From the NCBI RefSeq assembly GCF_000002075.1, contig NW_004797426.1, positions 103,807-167,806 on the forward strand: 64,000 nucleotides of DNA. Reading direction: 5' to 3'. Position numbers and translations under genes: made by a program. The notes under the pieces were generated by a model. That model was not told where the DNA came from, ran no database searches, and was given only the letters and a program-made list of their open reading frames with translations. This DNA is from Aplysia californica. Its lineage: Eukaryota. Of the stretch, positions 12,201 through 26,300 are shown in pieces (the stretch's first letter is position 1; the number at the start of each line of letters is the position of its first letter).

Positions 12201-15200
12201 CATTGGGAGTATCACTGCCACTGCTTACCAAGGCAACTGATGTCCCACAGCAAAGAAGAAAACTAGGCAGCAATGCCAGGCCCCTACAAAGCACTGTACA
12301 AAAAAAATCCACTGAAAAGTCTATGAAATACCAGTACTAATGAAAAGATAGTAAGAGGACAAAGTACCTGATTCCCTGAGACCAGATGTGCTTGTTCAGT
12401 CTGGTGTCAACACGCACATCAGGGGTGCCCATCATCTTCTCAGCAAACTTGCGAATTTCTTTGATGGCACGGGGAGCCTTCTGTTTGAAGCCACTGAAAA
12501 CAAAACAAAAACAACATTATACAGCTAATTCATGTCAGTGTCCATGTACAAATCATAGCTGCCACTCAGAAATTTTTAAAAAGGAGGAAATTCACGCGAA
12601 AGCGTACGCGCGCTCTCCGAAACCAGTGAGATCCAGAGGCAATATATACTGGAAAATCTAGCCTACGGTTTTGGAAGGGAAAACTGTCATATTGTTAACC
12701 ATAGGCGACTGAATTAAAATGTATTTGAAAAAAACAACAACAACAAAAAACAACATAAAGGCAGTAAGTTGACTAACAAGCATTCGAGTCAATTTGACAC
12801 AGTTTGGACTTGGTGACTAAAAATCTAGTGTTTTTTGCCAGCTGGTGTCTCATAAAAAGATTTCTTTCACTTTAAACGTGTACATACATAGACGTAGAGC
12901 AGTATCGGATCAAGGATACACAGGCACTCCTGTACAATTGCAGTCCCGTTTGCACTTAGTGCCCCTGTAGTGTGTTTCTTATTTAGAGATAAACTGAATT
13001 AAAATTATAGCCTAGGCTATCTTATCTAGATCTAGATATATCTAAATATGTGTATCTATATCTAGAGATATATTTTCTAGATCTAAATCTAGATCAAGAT
13101 TCACTTCCGCAGCAGCCACAATAGCCGTCATGTAAACAAACGGGACCGCAATTGTACAGGACTGTAACAGGAGTGCCGCGGGCCGTGATTTCTTTCGCAA
13201 AAAACAGCTAGTTCAATTTTCTAATGAACTTTTCAAGTCGCACATCGGCTGCTTCTTTCTCATTCCAGCTCCTTTTATTTTTGCATTCTGAATCAATTTC
13301 TCTCGAATTTCCACCAATTTCAATGACAACTCGGCGCGCTAACGTCCCGATGCCCGATCGACACTGTGTTGCTCCACAACAATAAACAATGTGAAACTAG
13401 CGCTGGGCCTAGAAGAACGGAAGTAGAAAGCTACGGGCGGACATGCGCAGACCGCGTTTTCGTCTCTCTCCCGGTTCGGTGTTTTCCGCGTGGGGAAAAA
13501 AGTACGAAATTTGCGACCAAGAGCGGTCCAGCGGAGGAAGGAGGAAAGTTGCGGGGAAAGCTAGATGTAGCGGAGTTTCCGCTATTTAGCGGGAAAGTGG
13601 CAGCTATGACAAATAAAAAATGTATCATGCAGATCGTTGTTGTCCCAGGAAAAATGAGTCAATCCAGTGTTCTTTGTTGACGCTCAAAAGCAAACTCAAC
13701 TATCAACAGAGACAATGAAATATATGTATGGCACTTCTCAATGTCAAATATACAAAAACTTAGCAATGCCAATGAAAATTTTAAATTTTCACTTTAGCAC
13801 TTTTTTTTGGGGTACCTAAGAAAGAATTTTCAATTCTAAGAATTATGCTTCTTGAATTTTGAGAATCGGTTCATAAATAAAAAAAGTTATGGGGTTGTAA
13901 AGGTCGGCAAAATATGGATGACCCACATATACGAAAATACTCCTAAAATGTGGACCACGCAGTAGCAGATTCTGTAAGAAAATCGACGATATCTCGGTAA
14001 CTAATCGGAGTGTTCGAGAGAAACTTGACCACCCGATGTGTTTTTGAGTGTAGAAATCATTTCTGCAGTCAGATTTACTACCAATTTCGTAGTTATTTTG
14101 TTATAATTAAAATTGTGGTGTACATATTACGATTTTGCGGAAAAGGAGTGTCGGGATGAGTCCATTTTATTTATAGCATCGTATCACAACATGGGATCTT
14201 TAAGAATATATGTCGGCAGCGTGACTAAATAATTGCAAAGCTTTTTATGACGACTTTAGACTTTAGACCATGCCAACCGTAAAAGATAAGTTAATTCAAT
14301 CTAGCATGCCGTACAATTAAAAATTATTTTTCCCCGTGGAGACGAGATAACCTCGCCTCGGAATACCCCCATTGCGGTGTAACAGGGGGATAGAGAGAAA
14401 AACAACCGGATGCGCGCGCCCGCCATTGCCCTATTTCAAGTGACCAATGAACGGGCCCGGAATAGTCATGCGGGGATTTGTAGGTCACATACATTTGCCA
14501 CGAGAGTGAAGTGAAAATGGCCGGTCTCCGTGCGAAGCCGCTTTGGATAGGGGGGTAGTCGTGCATTTATGATCGGGTCTAAACAACTACTTGACACAGA
14601 ACGTTCAAATTTGAGCACACTATAGAGTTAGATAGATCTATTACCATCTCGGCGTTGAAATTCAAACTCCTTATAGTTTTCGGTGTACACAATACGAAAG
14701 TGTTCCCCACACCAAAAGTATAGGTTAATTTATGTGTACGAACTTCAACGTCCACATATCATTAGTTTGCCCTATTTTCTGATTGGTTGCCGAGTTTCAT
14801 TCGGATTGGTTCGGATATAGAGCAGACCGAGGTTGACAAAGTTAGTCACCTACGCTTCGGCCGGGTCCGCAAAATCGCCCGTAAACGGGGACCAAATTTT
14901 CGCCGCGCAGGAAAGCCCGATTGGCATTGCTAAAAAATTCCCATGAGTAAACGTCATGTATGATTCAGCTGTCTTTCCCTGTATGAAGACTCACTAGAAC
15001 AACTGTCAATTATGATACCAGACTATCCCCTATCCAATTCAAATACAGAAATTATCACCAGAAAAGATGCCATTCTTTCTGGGAATCTCTGCTGAAATAA
15101 TACCGGCGCACAGGCCCTATAATATATAAAGGGCATGAGCCAGGCTACCTGGGAAGCGTGCAGGCCCTATATAAAGGGCATAGACCCTGACCTTTATCAA

Positions 15201-15841
15201 TGGAAAATTTTAGTATTCCTTATATGAAAAATGATGTAGGTCAAATTAAAAATAGTGACCAATGACTGCCAAGATATCGATCGATAAAGTGACGAGGTCC
15301 AGCAGAGCGACTATGTGTTATCACTTGTTCCGCTGTGGTAAATGAATAATTGTTGAGTTCATCGCATTTTGTTCTTTGTATTTATTTGATTGCTTATCAT
15401 TTTTAAATGGCTCATTCTATCATCTTTAAGAAAAGATATGGTTTTATCATCTGTTGAGCCCTAAATGGTCATTTTTCAGTTGCAGGTATACATCTCTGGT
15501 ATCTCAGCTGATATCCCCCCGCCGAACCCCGATAGTTACAACCGATCGGCCCAGGCGGCAGGACATTTTTGGCGGGTTACTTCTCGCAAAGGTTTTTTAA
15601 AAAGTACAAACGTAGAGATAATAGTAAGAAAGTCCTACGAAAAGTGTTTGTTCACGGCCTAGATACACACCCTGACCCAGGGTGAGAAAGGCAATGATGA
15701 TGATGAAGTCCTGCGAGTCCATAGAAACATTGCAACTTACATGCCATGGATTTTTTTGTGCATGTGGATTGTGCACTCCTTGGTGATGACCTCATTGGTC
15801 ACAGCCTTCTTTTTCTCACGCTGCTTGCGAGGAGGAGCCAT
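9190..15841 (-). CDS. RPL31: 60S ribosomal protein L31 (eL31), 4 coding exons, 123 aa
   Basis: Exons 15841-15741, 12493-12368, 10675-10563 and 9221-9190 join in frame through GT-AG introns (372 nt): [123 protein letters not shown]. Clear eL31 signature. Confidence 0.97.
10225..10549 (-). mobile_element. Retroposon family A copy (internally deleted) in the last RPL31 intron
   Basis: 12-bp TSD GTGACAATCTCA at 10213-10224 and 10550-10561. Confidence 0.88.
10563..10675 (-). CDS. RPL31: RPL31 coding exon 3
   Basis: ctcag acceptor, gtgag donor; [37 protein letters not shown]. Confidence 0.95.
10748..10968. mobile_element. hAT-like MITE, TIR CAGGGATGCCA, 6-bp TSD
   Basis: TSD TTTGAA on both sides. 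Confidence 0.78.
12368..12493 (-). CDS. RPL31: RPL31 coding exon 2
   Basis: ttttcag acceptor, gtac donor; [42 protein letters not shown]. Confidence 0.95.
12922..13177. mobile_element. MITE-like inverted-repeat element
   Basis: GGCACTCCTGTACAATTGCAGTCCCGTTTG ... CAAACGGGACCGCAATTGTACAGGA..GAGTGCC. Confidence 0.55.
13761..14932 (+). mobile_element. Diverged relative of the 7-bp-TSD DNA transposon
   Basis: TIR TAGCAATGCCAAT / ATTGGCATTGCTA; TSD AAAAACT vs AAAAATT (6 of 7 match). Confidence 0.8.
15741..15841 (-). CDS. RPL31: RPL31 coding exon 1
   Basis: ATG at 15841; acceptor ctcag ends at 15850; donor gtaagt at 15740; [33 protein letters not shown]. Confidence 0.95.
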
Positions 15842-16694
15842 TGCAATCCCTGAGGGAAGGATCAGAAAAAATAATCACTTTCATCATCAAACAAATTCAG
15901 GCCTATTTTAGGTTATTTGAAATTCTAAATCTAATCTAGATAATCTAGATCTAGATCTAGATTCTAGATCTATGTAATAACATCACAAAAACATGACAAA
16001 TGGACTTTAGGATAAAGCCCTATGTCTGTTTACTAGCGCGTTGATTCTTAATCTCGGATCAGAATAGAGATCATCTAGATGATTTTAAATCTAGAGTCTA
16101 GTCTAGATCTAGATCTAGATCATAAAGAAAAAAACGTAGGGCCTATGTGAATATCCATATTCCTTGACCACACTCTCAAAATCAATTTATACAGGTCTAA
16201 ATCTATCACAAACAACCATTGACTAGACTGTCCAGCATGAGAAAAGGGAAAAAGGGAGCAAAATCCAGAGAACAAACCCCCTCATTCACATTGGTCCTTA
16301 CACATTCAGTGATAACCTACACCTCTGTCCAGTCCATAATTTAGATTTAAAAACTTTTTGTTGCAGCCAAGGCCACTCCTTAAATATACCAAATAACATA
16401 CTAAACTGCTTAGACTTTAGACGAAAGAAGGGACACGAATAGGTGTTGGAATGAACAGAAAAGTTGTTAATAATTTCTCGCTGTTGAAGCAGTCAACAGA
16501 ATCTTGTACGAGGGAAAGGGTGCAACCGGTTCAACAACATAAGAGACAAGGGACAATGTGAGTGGGTATTTCAAATTGTTATATGCATTGAACAAAAGTT
16601 GCTGGCTAAAATCAACACGGTTGGGAAAGGATAATTGCTTTTAACGATCAAGATTACGGGGATTTTGGAAAGTGCCTTTATTTTTCTTACTTAC

Positions 16695-16740
16695 TTCAGC
16701 TACGACAATAATCAAAAAGGAAGTTGCTATGGACTTCCGG
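16695..16740 (-). promoter_or_regulatory. RPL31 non-coding exon 1 with 5'TOP/TCT start and ETS site
   Basis: Minus strand reads CCGGAAGT (ETS/GABP-type, 16740-16733), then pyrimidine tract CTTCCTTTTT from ~16723, then donor gtaagt at 16694. Typical ribosomal-protein gene 5' end. Confidence 0.75.
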
Positions 16741-17125
16741 TGTAAGGTTAGAACATCCCTACGAAAGACTACTCTTAAAAATAAGACAGACTAGAAACTG
16801 TTTGATTGCGTCCCTTTGTATACAAACAAAAGCGGTTTGGTCCAGGCCACAGAATTCTACTCTTGTGGTGTAGAAGTGTAGAATTCCGTGGTCCAGGCCT
16901 ATAATATAGAAGCGAGAAACTTGTTTTCCGAAAAGCAAGAGAGGGTGAGAGAAATATGGAGGAGAGAGAAAGATTGTGGAGAGAGAGAAATACCGAGGAA
17001 AAAGAGAGAGGGAAGGGGCAAGTGTGTCTGGGTGATTGTTTGTGTGAAAAGAGAGATGAGAGAGACATTAAGGACAGAGAGAGAGAGAAATAATTAGAGA
17101 GAGAGAAAGAGAAAGACAGAGAGAG

Positions 17126-17185
<60 letters not shown>

Positions 17186-17331
17186 GGGGGGTAGACTTAA
17201 ACAAAGCGACAGAGAGACTGAGAGCAGTGTGGGCCTAGGGAGACAGGGTCGGCTAATCAAAGTGAGACAATTATAAGGGACCAGATAGAGATGAAGTCAC
17301 GCAGGAATTAAACTTTCCCACGAAACGAATA

Positions 17332-18076
17332 TACAGTCGAACCTGCCCTGACGGCCACTTCTATAAGATGCCCGTCCAACGCGGCCGCGGCCACCATATT
17401 TCAACACACAACCCCTATCACACAAAGCAATGTCTTAGGCGGCCACCTTAGAGACTCCATTACGCTTTGTCATAAATCAACAATTGGGCCCTGGCGTTGT
17501 GGGCGGGCCGTCATAATCTAAAAACCTGTCGTTGTTAGGTAGTCCCTCCAACTGATCATGTTGCGTAGGCCCCTCCCACTGTTGACCAATAGGTAACAAA
17601 ATTAATTTTCAGCTGCTGGGGAGGGAAGCGTGTGATCCCTCATAACCCATAAGCCCCGCCCAGAACCCATACACAAATCGCAAGTGAGATGAGTGGTCAC
17701 TGTTTACCCAGTCTGTAACAAAGTAACAATGGACGTCAACATGAACTTGTGACAGAAGCGTTGCTTGTTCTCCGAGTGGTAGTACGTGTGTTTGTTTTAG
17801 CATAGCACTTGGTCCTCCTTGTCTGACACATTTCGTTTTATTGTCACCCGTGCACAAAAGCAGCAACAAAAGAAAAGAAAACCCAGCGAAAACAACAACA
17901 ACAATCAACAATGCAACGACCTTCGGTTGGGACCTCAGAAAGGGAGGGTTTGTTTTCTCAGAAAGGAATGGTTTGTTTTCTTCATCTGGATCAGTCCTGT
18001 CTAAGACGACCACCTGTCTTATACGGCCACTTTTCTCCTTGACAATGGGTGGCCGTCTTACACAGGTTCGACTGTA
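17332..18076. mobile_element. Tc1/mariner-pogo-type MITE (same family, inverted, with ~390-bp insert)
   Basis: TACAGTCGAACCTG ... CAGGTTCGACTGTA termini. Confidence 0.8.
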
Positions 18077-18854
18077 ATTAACAAAACTTTTTAACGGGAG
18101 GCGGCATCACTGAATGAGTTGAGAATGAAAACAAATCATGAATTCAAATTGAATGTAATTCACCTGACAAAACAATCGAAAAATGTATAATTAACCATTA
18201 GATAGCCCACTTTTGAGCAGAATATATAACTTTTAAACGAGATCGAGGGGGGAATAATGGTCTCAGTGTTGTTGGGTTTATTTATTTGTTTGTTGTTTTT
18301 TTGTTTTTTGTTGTGTTTTTTTTTAACAGTAAATTGTTACTTAAGGTGTGAATACACAAACAGGAGTTAAAGAAGCCGAGATGACAATGCTACAAATGCA
18401 TCACCAATTTGGTTCCAAATTTGGCTGTCTCTATCTTGCCTTTTACGGCCAGGATCGACACATATAACTCCATGCCGTGACCTGAGATATGGAGCCGTCA
18501 AACGTCGAAAGGGGTGGGGGGGGGGGGACAAGTACTCACCCAGCCTTGAGATTAGGAGTTGTTCTCCTTGAAGGCAAACAGCATCAGATATTCTGGCTGG
18601 AGAGCCAGAGGAAGACCAAGAGTACGACACTGGAGCAAGTCTGAGTCAGACGTACCCTCAGAGCTCACGGGATGTCCCTCCTACAGGCCACTCGCCTTGC
18701 TGCAGACAGACGCCTGTTTCTCCTTCCTTACGGCACCCACCGGTACAAGGGAAGAAAAAAAGTTAAGATAAGTTGTCTTCGAACAAAGCTGAGGATTTTC
18801 AATTCAGAAGTGAAGTCAGGCCTGTTTTATGAATGTGAGACATGTAACGCATCA

Positions 18855-19456
18855 CAGACTTGCATAAGAGGATCCATATTTTCTTGAACAAGTGTCTAAG
18901 AAAGTTACTGAGGATCAGATGGACCGACAGGGTCACCCAACGAGGAAGTGTTAAGGAAAACAAGACAGATCCCAGTCAGAGATGAGGTAGGGAGAAGGCG
19001 GTGGTGATGGATTGGACATACTCTTGGGAAGTCAGGCAGCTGCATAACAAAGAAAGTTTTGGATTGGAATCCACAGGGTAAGAGTAAGAGATCAGGGGGA
19101 AAACCGTGTGGAACCTGGAGAAGAATCACAGAAATTGATGCAGGCCTACAGAAAAAGTGGGAAGACATGGAATAACTTCAAGAGGCTATAGATAGCCCAG
19201 CATAGAGAAAGGTGGAAAGTGTTTGTCCGTGGCCTCCTGGACACCCGAAGGACATCGCAAGAGGAGAAGACCCAAATATGTGACCCGGAGACGAACAGTA
19301 GCGTCTGAAATGAAGTCATGGGACCATTCACGGGGGACGTTGACCAAGATGGCCCAAAACAGACAGATTCAGATCCTTTAAAATTGTTGATGCCCTAAAC
19401 GCCAGTAAATTAGTACATATACCCTGGTGCAGGGTGAAAAAGGCAATGGTGATGAA
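18855..19456 (+). mobile_element. RTE LINE 3' fragment, same family, interrupted at ~19235-19418
   Basis: Colinear with 6735-7140; frameshifted. Confidence 0.82.
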
Positions 19457-20238
19457 GTTTTCCCTCCCTTTTTAGGGAGACTCTACCAGTCTAATTGGTA
19501 ACCTAATATAGTCAATATGCTTTGTAACGGAAAGGGGTGAACAGGATATCGCTGTGTGGCAATGAACTGTTTCAAGTATTGTGCACACTGTTCAAATTTA
19601 AATTGAATGTACATTTATTTAAATTTAAAAATCATACGTCTATGGATGAAGTTCACGATGACTGTGTTTCTCAAATTGCAGAAGGGAAGCAGTGATCATT
19701 TGATAATGTAGACACTTTGCTCCTGTGTAAGGGGAGGGGGGGGGGTGAATGANNNNNNNNNNNNNNNNNNNNNNNNNNNNNNNNNNNNNNNNNNNNNNNN
19801 NNNNNNNNNNNNNNNNNNNNNNNNNNNNNNNNNNNNNNNNNNNNNNNNNNNNNNNNNNNNNNNNNNNNNNNNNNNNNNNNNNNTTGTATCCCAGATGCTT
19901 CGTTTTTCAATGCAATTAATTCAATGATTAGTCAGACAAGGTATATTTATAGACTTATACAAATTTTACACGTTTCATTATTTAGGCTACGTGTAGATTC
20001 CCTTTTGAATTCTGCTACATGTAATTTGTACTGTGGGGATCCAAAACAACTTTTTCAGTATTGGGTGGGATCCACCTATTAAGACTTTACTTTAGAATTT
20101 ATTCACGACAACATTAGTAGGATCTAAATTTTGAGGTTGAACGGCTAATTTTACTCCGTCAGCAAGGGAAGTCACTCCTGTTCAAGTTTTCTTTCCGGTG
20201 TTTGCTGTACTGGCTGTGCCTGCTGTTCGGCTTTCAAA

Positions 20239-20381
20239 ATGAATTCGTTCACATCACGATTAAATTCCCTGTTTGCTTTCACACTAAGTGTGATGGCAGC
20301 ATTAACTTTTGGATGCTTTCTTACTACAGTTTTCAATGATAACTTGAGACCTGTCGAACTGAGTGTTGGAAAAGTGTCTGT
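20239..20381 (+). CDS. SPCS3: SPCS3 coding exon 1
   Basis: aaaATG start, N-terminal TM segment, donor gtaagt at 20382. Confidence 0.94.
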
Positions 20382-23300
20382 GTAAGTAACGGTTACCATG
20401 CCATATTGCCATCTTGTTGCTACTGAACAAGTTGAGTGGGAAGGCTGACGTGTTCCTAAACCCTAACCCTCGTCATTACTTTCACTGTCCATAGGATAGG
20501 CCTGTTCAAAGTATGAATTGAAATTTGTATATTACTGTCAATTATTTGTGATACATGTATGGATACCTAAGTCTGAATCTAGATTAGTTCAGGTTCTTTG
20601 TTGATGAACTCGGAGGGGGTGGGGGGTGAGAAATTCCACTCCACCATGCCGTGACCGAATAAAAATGCCTTGATGATTGATATCTGACTGAATGTCCCAT
20701 TCATGATCCGCCCTGGGGTGGATTGTACTTTACCAGACCACCCGTCTGGGCCCATGATTACTATGTGTGCCTGACAAGTGGTAGTTCCGCGGGCGATTTT
20801 TTGTAGAGAAAGGTGGTGGTTGAGGGTGGGTAGGGGATGGGGTAGTTAGGGGATTTAACTTTGATGGACCCACCGTGTATCCAAACAATTACAACACGAG
20901 GGGGGGGGGGTTCAGGGGGGCTTGCCCTGGGAACAATAATAAAAAAACAACCCACAATATGTATGCAAAAAAACAATAACGTGAGCGGACCATGACGCTA
21001 AGTGGACAATCGGGGTAATTAGAGTTGGAAGAGGCCAAGCCTTGCTTCGCAGCACTCGCAGAATCACAAGCAGGACCGAGGGGGTTGCAATTTTATGCAA
21101 ATGAGCGCTCGTGCGCACAGGTCAAAGGGCACGGTGGCACTGTCGTGATGACTGAAAAACGCAGTAAAAGACGTCAATCGGTAGTTGGCAGTCGAAGGAT
21201 CAAGACGTAGGAATATGAGTAGGAGAGTGAGTAGGGGAGCTCTGACTCTGAAAGGAAGAATAGCGGACCACTAGACACCAGGGGCGCCATAGTGAAAGTA
21301 CTTCCGACCGTTGGTCTGGTAAAGTACAATCTTACCTTGCCCTGTTCCCTTTAACTAGCAATGACAATGAAAAATTAAATTTTCATCCAAATTGCTTAAA
21401 AATGGGCTTAAATGAAACTAGAGTAAATTCTAAGAACTATGGTTTTTAAATTTTAAAAATCCATTGATAAATAAAAAAGTTATTGGGATTTTTGTTTGCA
21501 AAATGTTGGAGGACCTTCATATAGGAAAAAATCGCCAAAATGTGGGACATGTTTTGATGTATTTTGAGGAAAAACTGTTCATACAAGTCAGTAATGAATT
21601 GGAGCATATGAATGAAACTTGGCATCTCCATGTGATTTTTAGTGCCGAATCTAGTTCTGCTATCACTTTTTCGTTGTCTTCATTACTTTGGATCTTAAAG
21701 ATTGATATTTGCGTGAAATTTGTTGAATTGCGTGACATCGTTTTTACCGCGACGCGATCACCCCTTCTAAAACTCAGTAAAGCGCTATCGGGAAAACCCG
21801 CGATGTAGTCATCGGTGACTCATTTGGTTATAGGCAGCCAATCACATGCCACCTAGCGATCACGCGCCTCTTGCATGCCGGCACCTCGCGTTTGGAATGC
21901 GCGATTAAGTTTCTAGATCAATGGGTGGGTGGTAATTTTAAGTTGGTACGGAAAATCTACCAAACGCAGAGATCTGAAATTTTACAGCAATAAAGAAGAC
22001 ATGTGGGGCGCTTGTGTGGTCGGCGATCAAACAGCAGCTCCGCTTAGTTTTCGAACCGCAGAGGAAATTCGCACAAACACGGCAATATCTCCGGTTCTAG
22101 TAATCGTTCGGGATTGTACGCTGGCATGTCGTTAGTTTAACCTTTCCTCTGGTTGGTTGCCGAGTTTCATTTATTTTCGTCCAGGAGTTTTCCCGTAACT
22201 ATACTTAGAAGAGAGTCACTTCTGATTCCGAGCGGCCCAAAAAATACCCCTCGCGCGGAGGCCGATTTCCGGCCCAAGGCGCAGCGGGCGATTGGCATTG
22301 CTACTTTAACAGTAACTTATAAATATATATATATATTTATATATATACCAAATTAGAGGGCAAATTAGAGAGTGTGTCCCTACGCCAGGCTATCCTATTC
22401 TACCCAGAATGTTAATTTTGATGAATTAAAGTCTTGTCCATCTTGATGACTGAACAAATGCAAGAACAAATCATAATGTGTTATTAATTTGATAAGTAAT
22501 TTTTCCAATGGCGATAATGGGAGTGTCCAGTCACCCATATGAACCACAGGAAAAGCCCTTACTGACTTTAATTGTACTGGTGCCATTTCCTTACATTGAT
22601 TCAGAATTGCTGCGTTCAGTATTTATTTCAAACCAGGGTGTTCTTAATGAGTGATGATACTTTTGTTGACAAAGTACGATTTTCTCATGGTTTATGATAA
22701 AAATTGTATGAAAGTAGTCTCATAAACAAGCTCCTAGTACCCTTTGTTTATGAAATAGTATTGTTGAGTGGGACGGACTTCCATAACGAGCAACCACCCC
22801 AATAAACACAACATAGACGCGACCTAACCGTAACCCTGACCCAACCCCTACCCTTACCCCTAAACCAAACCCAAACCTACCCCAACCCCAAACCGTAATC
22901 CTCTTTTCTACTGTTTCGTAGTGGTCACTCTTTACAGAATTCCTCCCGTTGAGTGGATTTTAGTAATTTAAGCTATATTATACCTCTACGAAGTACTGGT
23001 AGCCGGTCATAATCTCTTTTAGAATTGGTGTGGGTGTATTCTCAGTATGCTTACTACTGCAACTATGATTTAGATAGACAATAATATAACATATCTTGTG
23101 AATCAAATTATAAGACCTTTCTGAAAGGCAGCGATTATTCATTGTGCCTGCCTGAGATTAATGCGCAGGCTGTTCTAGAAAGGCTCAAGTTGACTTCATC
23201 CCTGAGATGAGGTCAGTCACCTGTCACGATACCAGCTGATGAAATGTTTTTATTTAATCTTAAGTTGAACTGATCAATATGCAGCATATATAGTTTCAAT

Positions 23301-26300
23301 GTAGCAGACGATGAAATAAACCTTTCTGGTGTTATTGTTATTGGGGGGTTTTCTTTTCTAGTCTATGTGCTTGGAGCTGAACTTCTTTTAGATTCTGACT
23401 ATAGCATTGTCTGCGGTGTAAGCTCTCAAGTTACGTAATCTTTGCGGCTTTGTTTTTACTTTGTGATCATTTTTCCTCGTTTTATTTTCTTGTCCAGGAA
23501 AAACGTCCCTGACTACTCAGCTGACAGAGACAAGAGTGATCTTGGGTTCATCACCTTTGACTTGTTCACTGATATCCTTTGTATTATACCTTTGAGATTT
23601 AATCAGTAGTGTTAGTTTGATACACTGCTGAGTGGTTTCAATGAGAAAGCTGTCCCTGTGATTTAACGTCTTGTCATTTCATTGCTTTGTTAACTTTATC
23701 AATTTCAATATATAGAAAATTCATTCTCTTTGTATTTGGTTTCATTGATTTACTTTTAACTCTAATGTTGTCATTAGTATCAGCCTTTCTCCTGTAGCAT
23801 TGACAAAATACAGTGTTGTGAGGTTCTCTAAGGTCTCCACATCTGTCTACTAAGAGTAAGAGAAGGTAGGAAACATTTGGTCTCACTAAAGTGTACATTT
23901 GTAAGAGAGCTCTTTCATTGTTCGTGTTTAGTACTAAGTAAACTTCTCTGCAGTTTAGACGAGTCTCTATTCAGAGGTTATGTAATACTTTTACCTTCAG
24001 AATTCAGGCTAATTTCAACCCATTTGTGTCAATGGTTTGTCTTTTTTTCCTGAACTTTTACTACATCTGAGCCCGATCTTCAACTGGAATGTGAAGCAGT
24101 TGTTCCTGTACCTCACTGCTGAATATGAGACCAAAGATCACGTGAGTGGCATGATTGATATTGCGTTTGTCTCTAACTGTTTGGTTGAAATGAATTGGGT
24201 GCGTATAATGTAAACTGAAAGTGGAAAGGGGGTTGGGATTTGACTAAGGGAGATGGTTTAGACACTTACCTATCGAAAAAGACGAGTTAAATTATCTGCA
24301 GGTCTGATCACTTTAAAATAAAATCGATATATCAATTACTAGCCTTTTATTTATTTTTTATTTCAGAATTTGTCTGTCATTTTTTAAAGTTTAAAATGTT
24401 GTCATTAATGGTATGAACGCTCTTTTATTTTTATTATGATAGTTATCTAACTCATTAGATTGTGTTCCTTTGGGATCTTGTTCTTTTGTTCCTTGTACAG
24501 CTTTCCTGTTTCACTTTGATCTGACTTTTTCTGCAAATGGAATAAAATGTGGGTGGTTAGCCAATGCTCTGGCGTGGCTTGCTCCTTCTTTTCTCTCAAA
24601 CATCTATTGCCCTTATCTCTCCTTCTTTTCTTTGTTCGTTACTCTTGTAATTCATCTAATCTTTGTCACTTACGTGACGTAATTGTGTTGCAAGTGCCAT
24701 AAAACTTTTCCCTAAAACTAAACTAACTGAAGAAATAAAGTAGGCTATACTTTGTCAATATGCATCACTTTTCCCCGAACTTTTAAGTTAATAGCATGTG
24801 CTTTAACGAAGACTGTACCGGTTCTGTAAAGGTCAAAATTTGTGCTCTCCTCACTGATCAGGTTTCATTGTAGGGAGAGGGGTGTGTTGTGGAATGGTTA
24901 TTGACATAATTGAGCCAAGAATCGATTATATTACTCTTTTTTCCTCAAGATATAAAATAGTATTGGGTAAAGGTCCTGTATCATTTGTTTGAATACTTGT
25001 AAGTCTCCATTGTTTTTAGTTTTCGTGTTATTCCAAAACAGAGACATAGTCATAATTTTTGTGTTGTTAGGATAAAAATCTGAAGTGTGCTTACAAATTG
25101 AGTTACTTCTCGGATTCAAGCCCTATGGAAATAGATAAACACGCTTATGGGTGAAAGTTTTGCAGTTTATAAAAGTATGATATAATAAAAAGCACGCAAG
25201 ACTCAATATATGGCCTCAATTGAAAATCTGCAAACTTGACCCTAGTGTAGATTTTTGGCTTATATCTCCACTTGTGGATTACGAGAAGTAACTCATTTTG
25301 TCAGCACACCTCGTATATACTGTCTCCTTTTCTGCACTTTCTATTTCAATGCACATCGTTATTTATTTATTTATTTATTTTTATATATTTTTGTTCTGCC
25401 TCAGACTCTGAACCAGGTGGTCTTGTGGGATAAGATCATCGAGAGGGGAGACAACACCATCCTGGACCTGAGGAAGGCCAACACCAAGTACTACTTCTGG
25501 GACTATGGCAATGGGCTCAAGTAAGTGTTCTTATCAATCAATATATCACAGTTACTAGCCGTTTCTATATTCTTTATTTTAAAATTTGTCTGCAATTTTT
25601 TATCTTAGCTATCTGGGTTGTTTTGGATGTCTTTCCAGGGCATAATTTTTGTAATTAAGTGGTGTTGAAAGTTAGTTGGTTTGGCAACAAGACTTGTGTC
25701 ATTGTGAGTATGTGGGTTTGGGGGTTCGACGCTCAGCCCAGTCTGATGTTGTGTCCTTGGGAAAGGCACTTTAAACGAATTTTCCCCGTTTGGATCATTC
25801 GAATCGGAGGCGAATATCAAACTCTTACGTAAGCTTACAGTATTGCAAGTGGTATTAAACCTAGATAATTTAACACAATTTAAAAAAAATCATAATTTAG
25901 TGTTTTATTTTACAGTTTGCTTACTGGCATGTCATAACTCAGAATCTCAGTGGCTTCTGATCTTTTGACGAGTTCCAGTATAGAACAATAACAAGAAGAT
26001 CTATTTCTTTTTAGGGCATTCAAATTTATGAATACCAGTATCTGTAGTGTTATATTTAGACCTTTTACTGTGTGTACCTGAAATGTTGTTGATGGCCTAT
26101 GCTCCACTGGGAGTTAAAAAGGGCAAGAGAGAGACTGTTGTTTGCAGGAAACATTGGTTAGATACTCACGAGTATCTCTGTACACCTCATGGGATCATGT
26201 ATTCCCGTCAGCCTGCATTTGCCCTGAGAGAAAAGATCGAAGCTAACGGTCACCTAAAAAATCTGAATTGTGTCACCAGAGGTGAAAAACTTATAATACA

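Noticed and set aside
21446-22356. Recurrent ORFs in the 7-bp-TSD element
   Set aside because: Short, with no transposase motifs. They recur only because the element is repeated.
22820-22900. Degenerate TAACCC telomere-like repeats
   Set aside because: Short and degenerate, and enclosed by inverted repeats with a GTTGAGTG direct repeat (~22763-22955). Likely a MITE interior.
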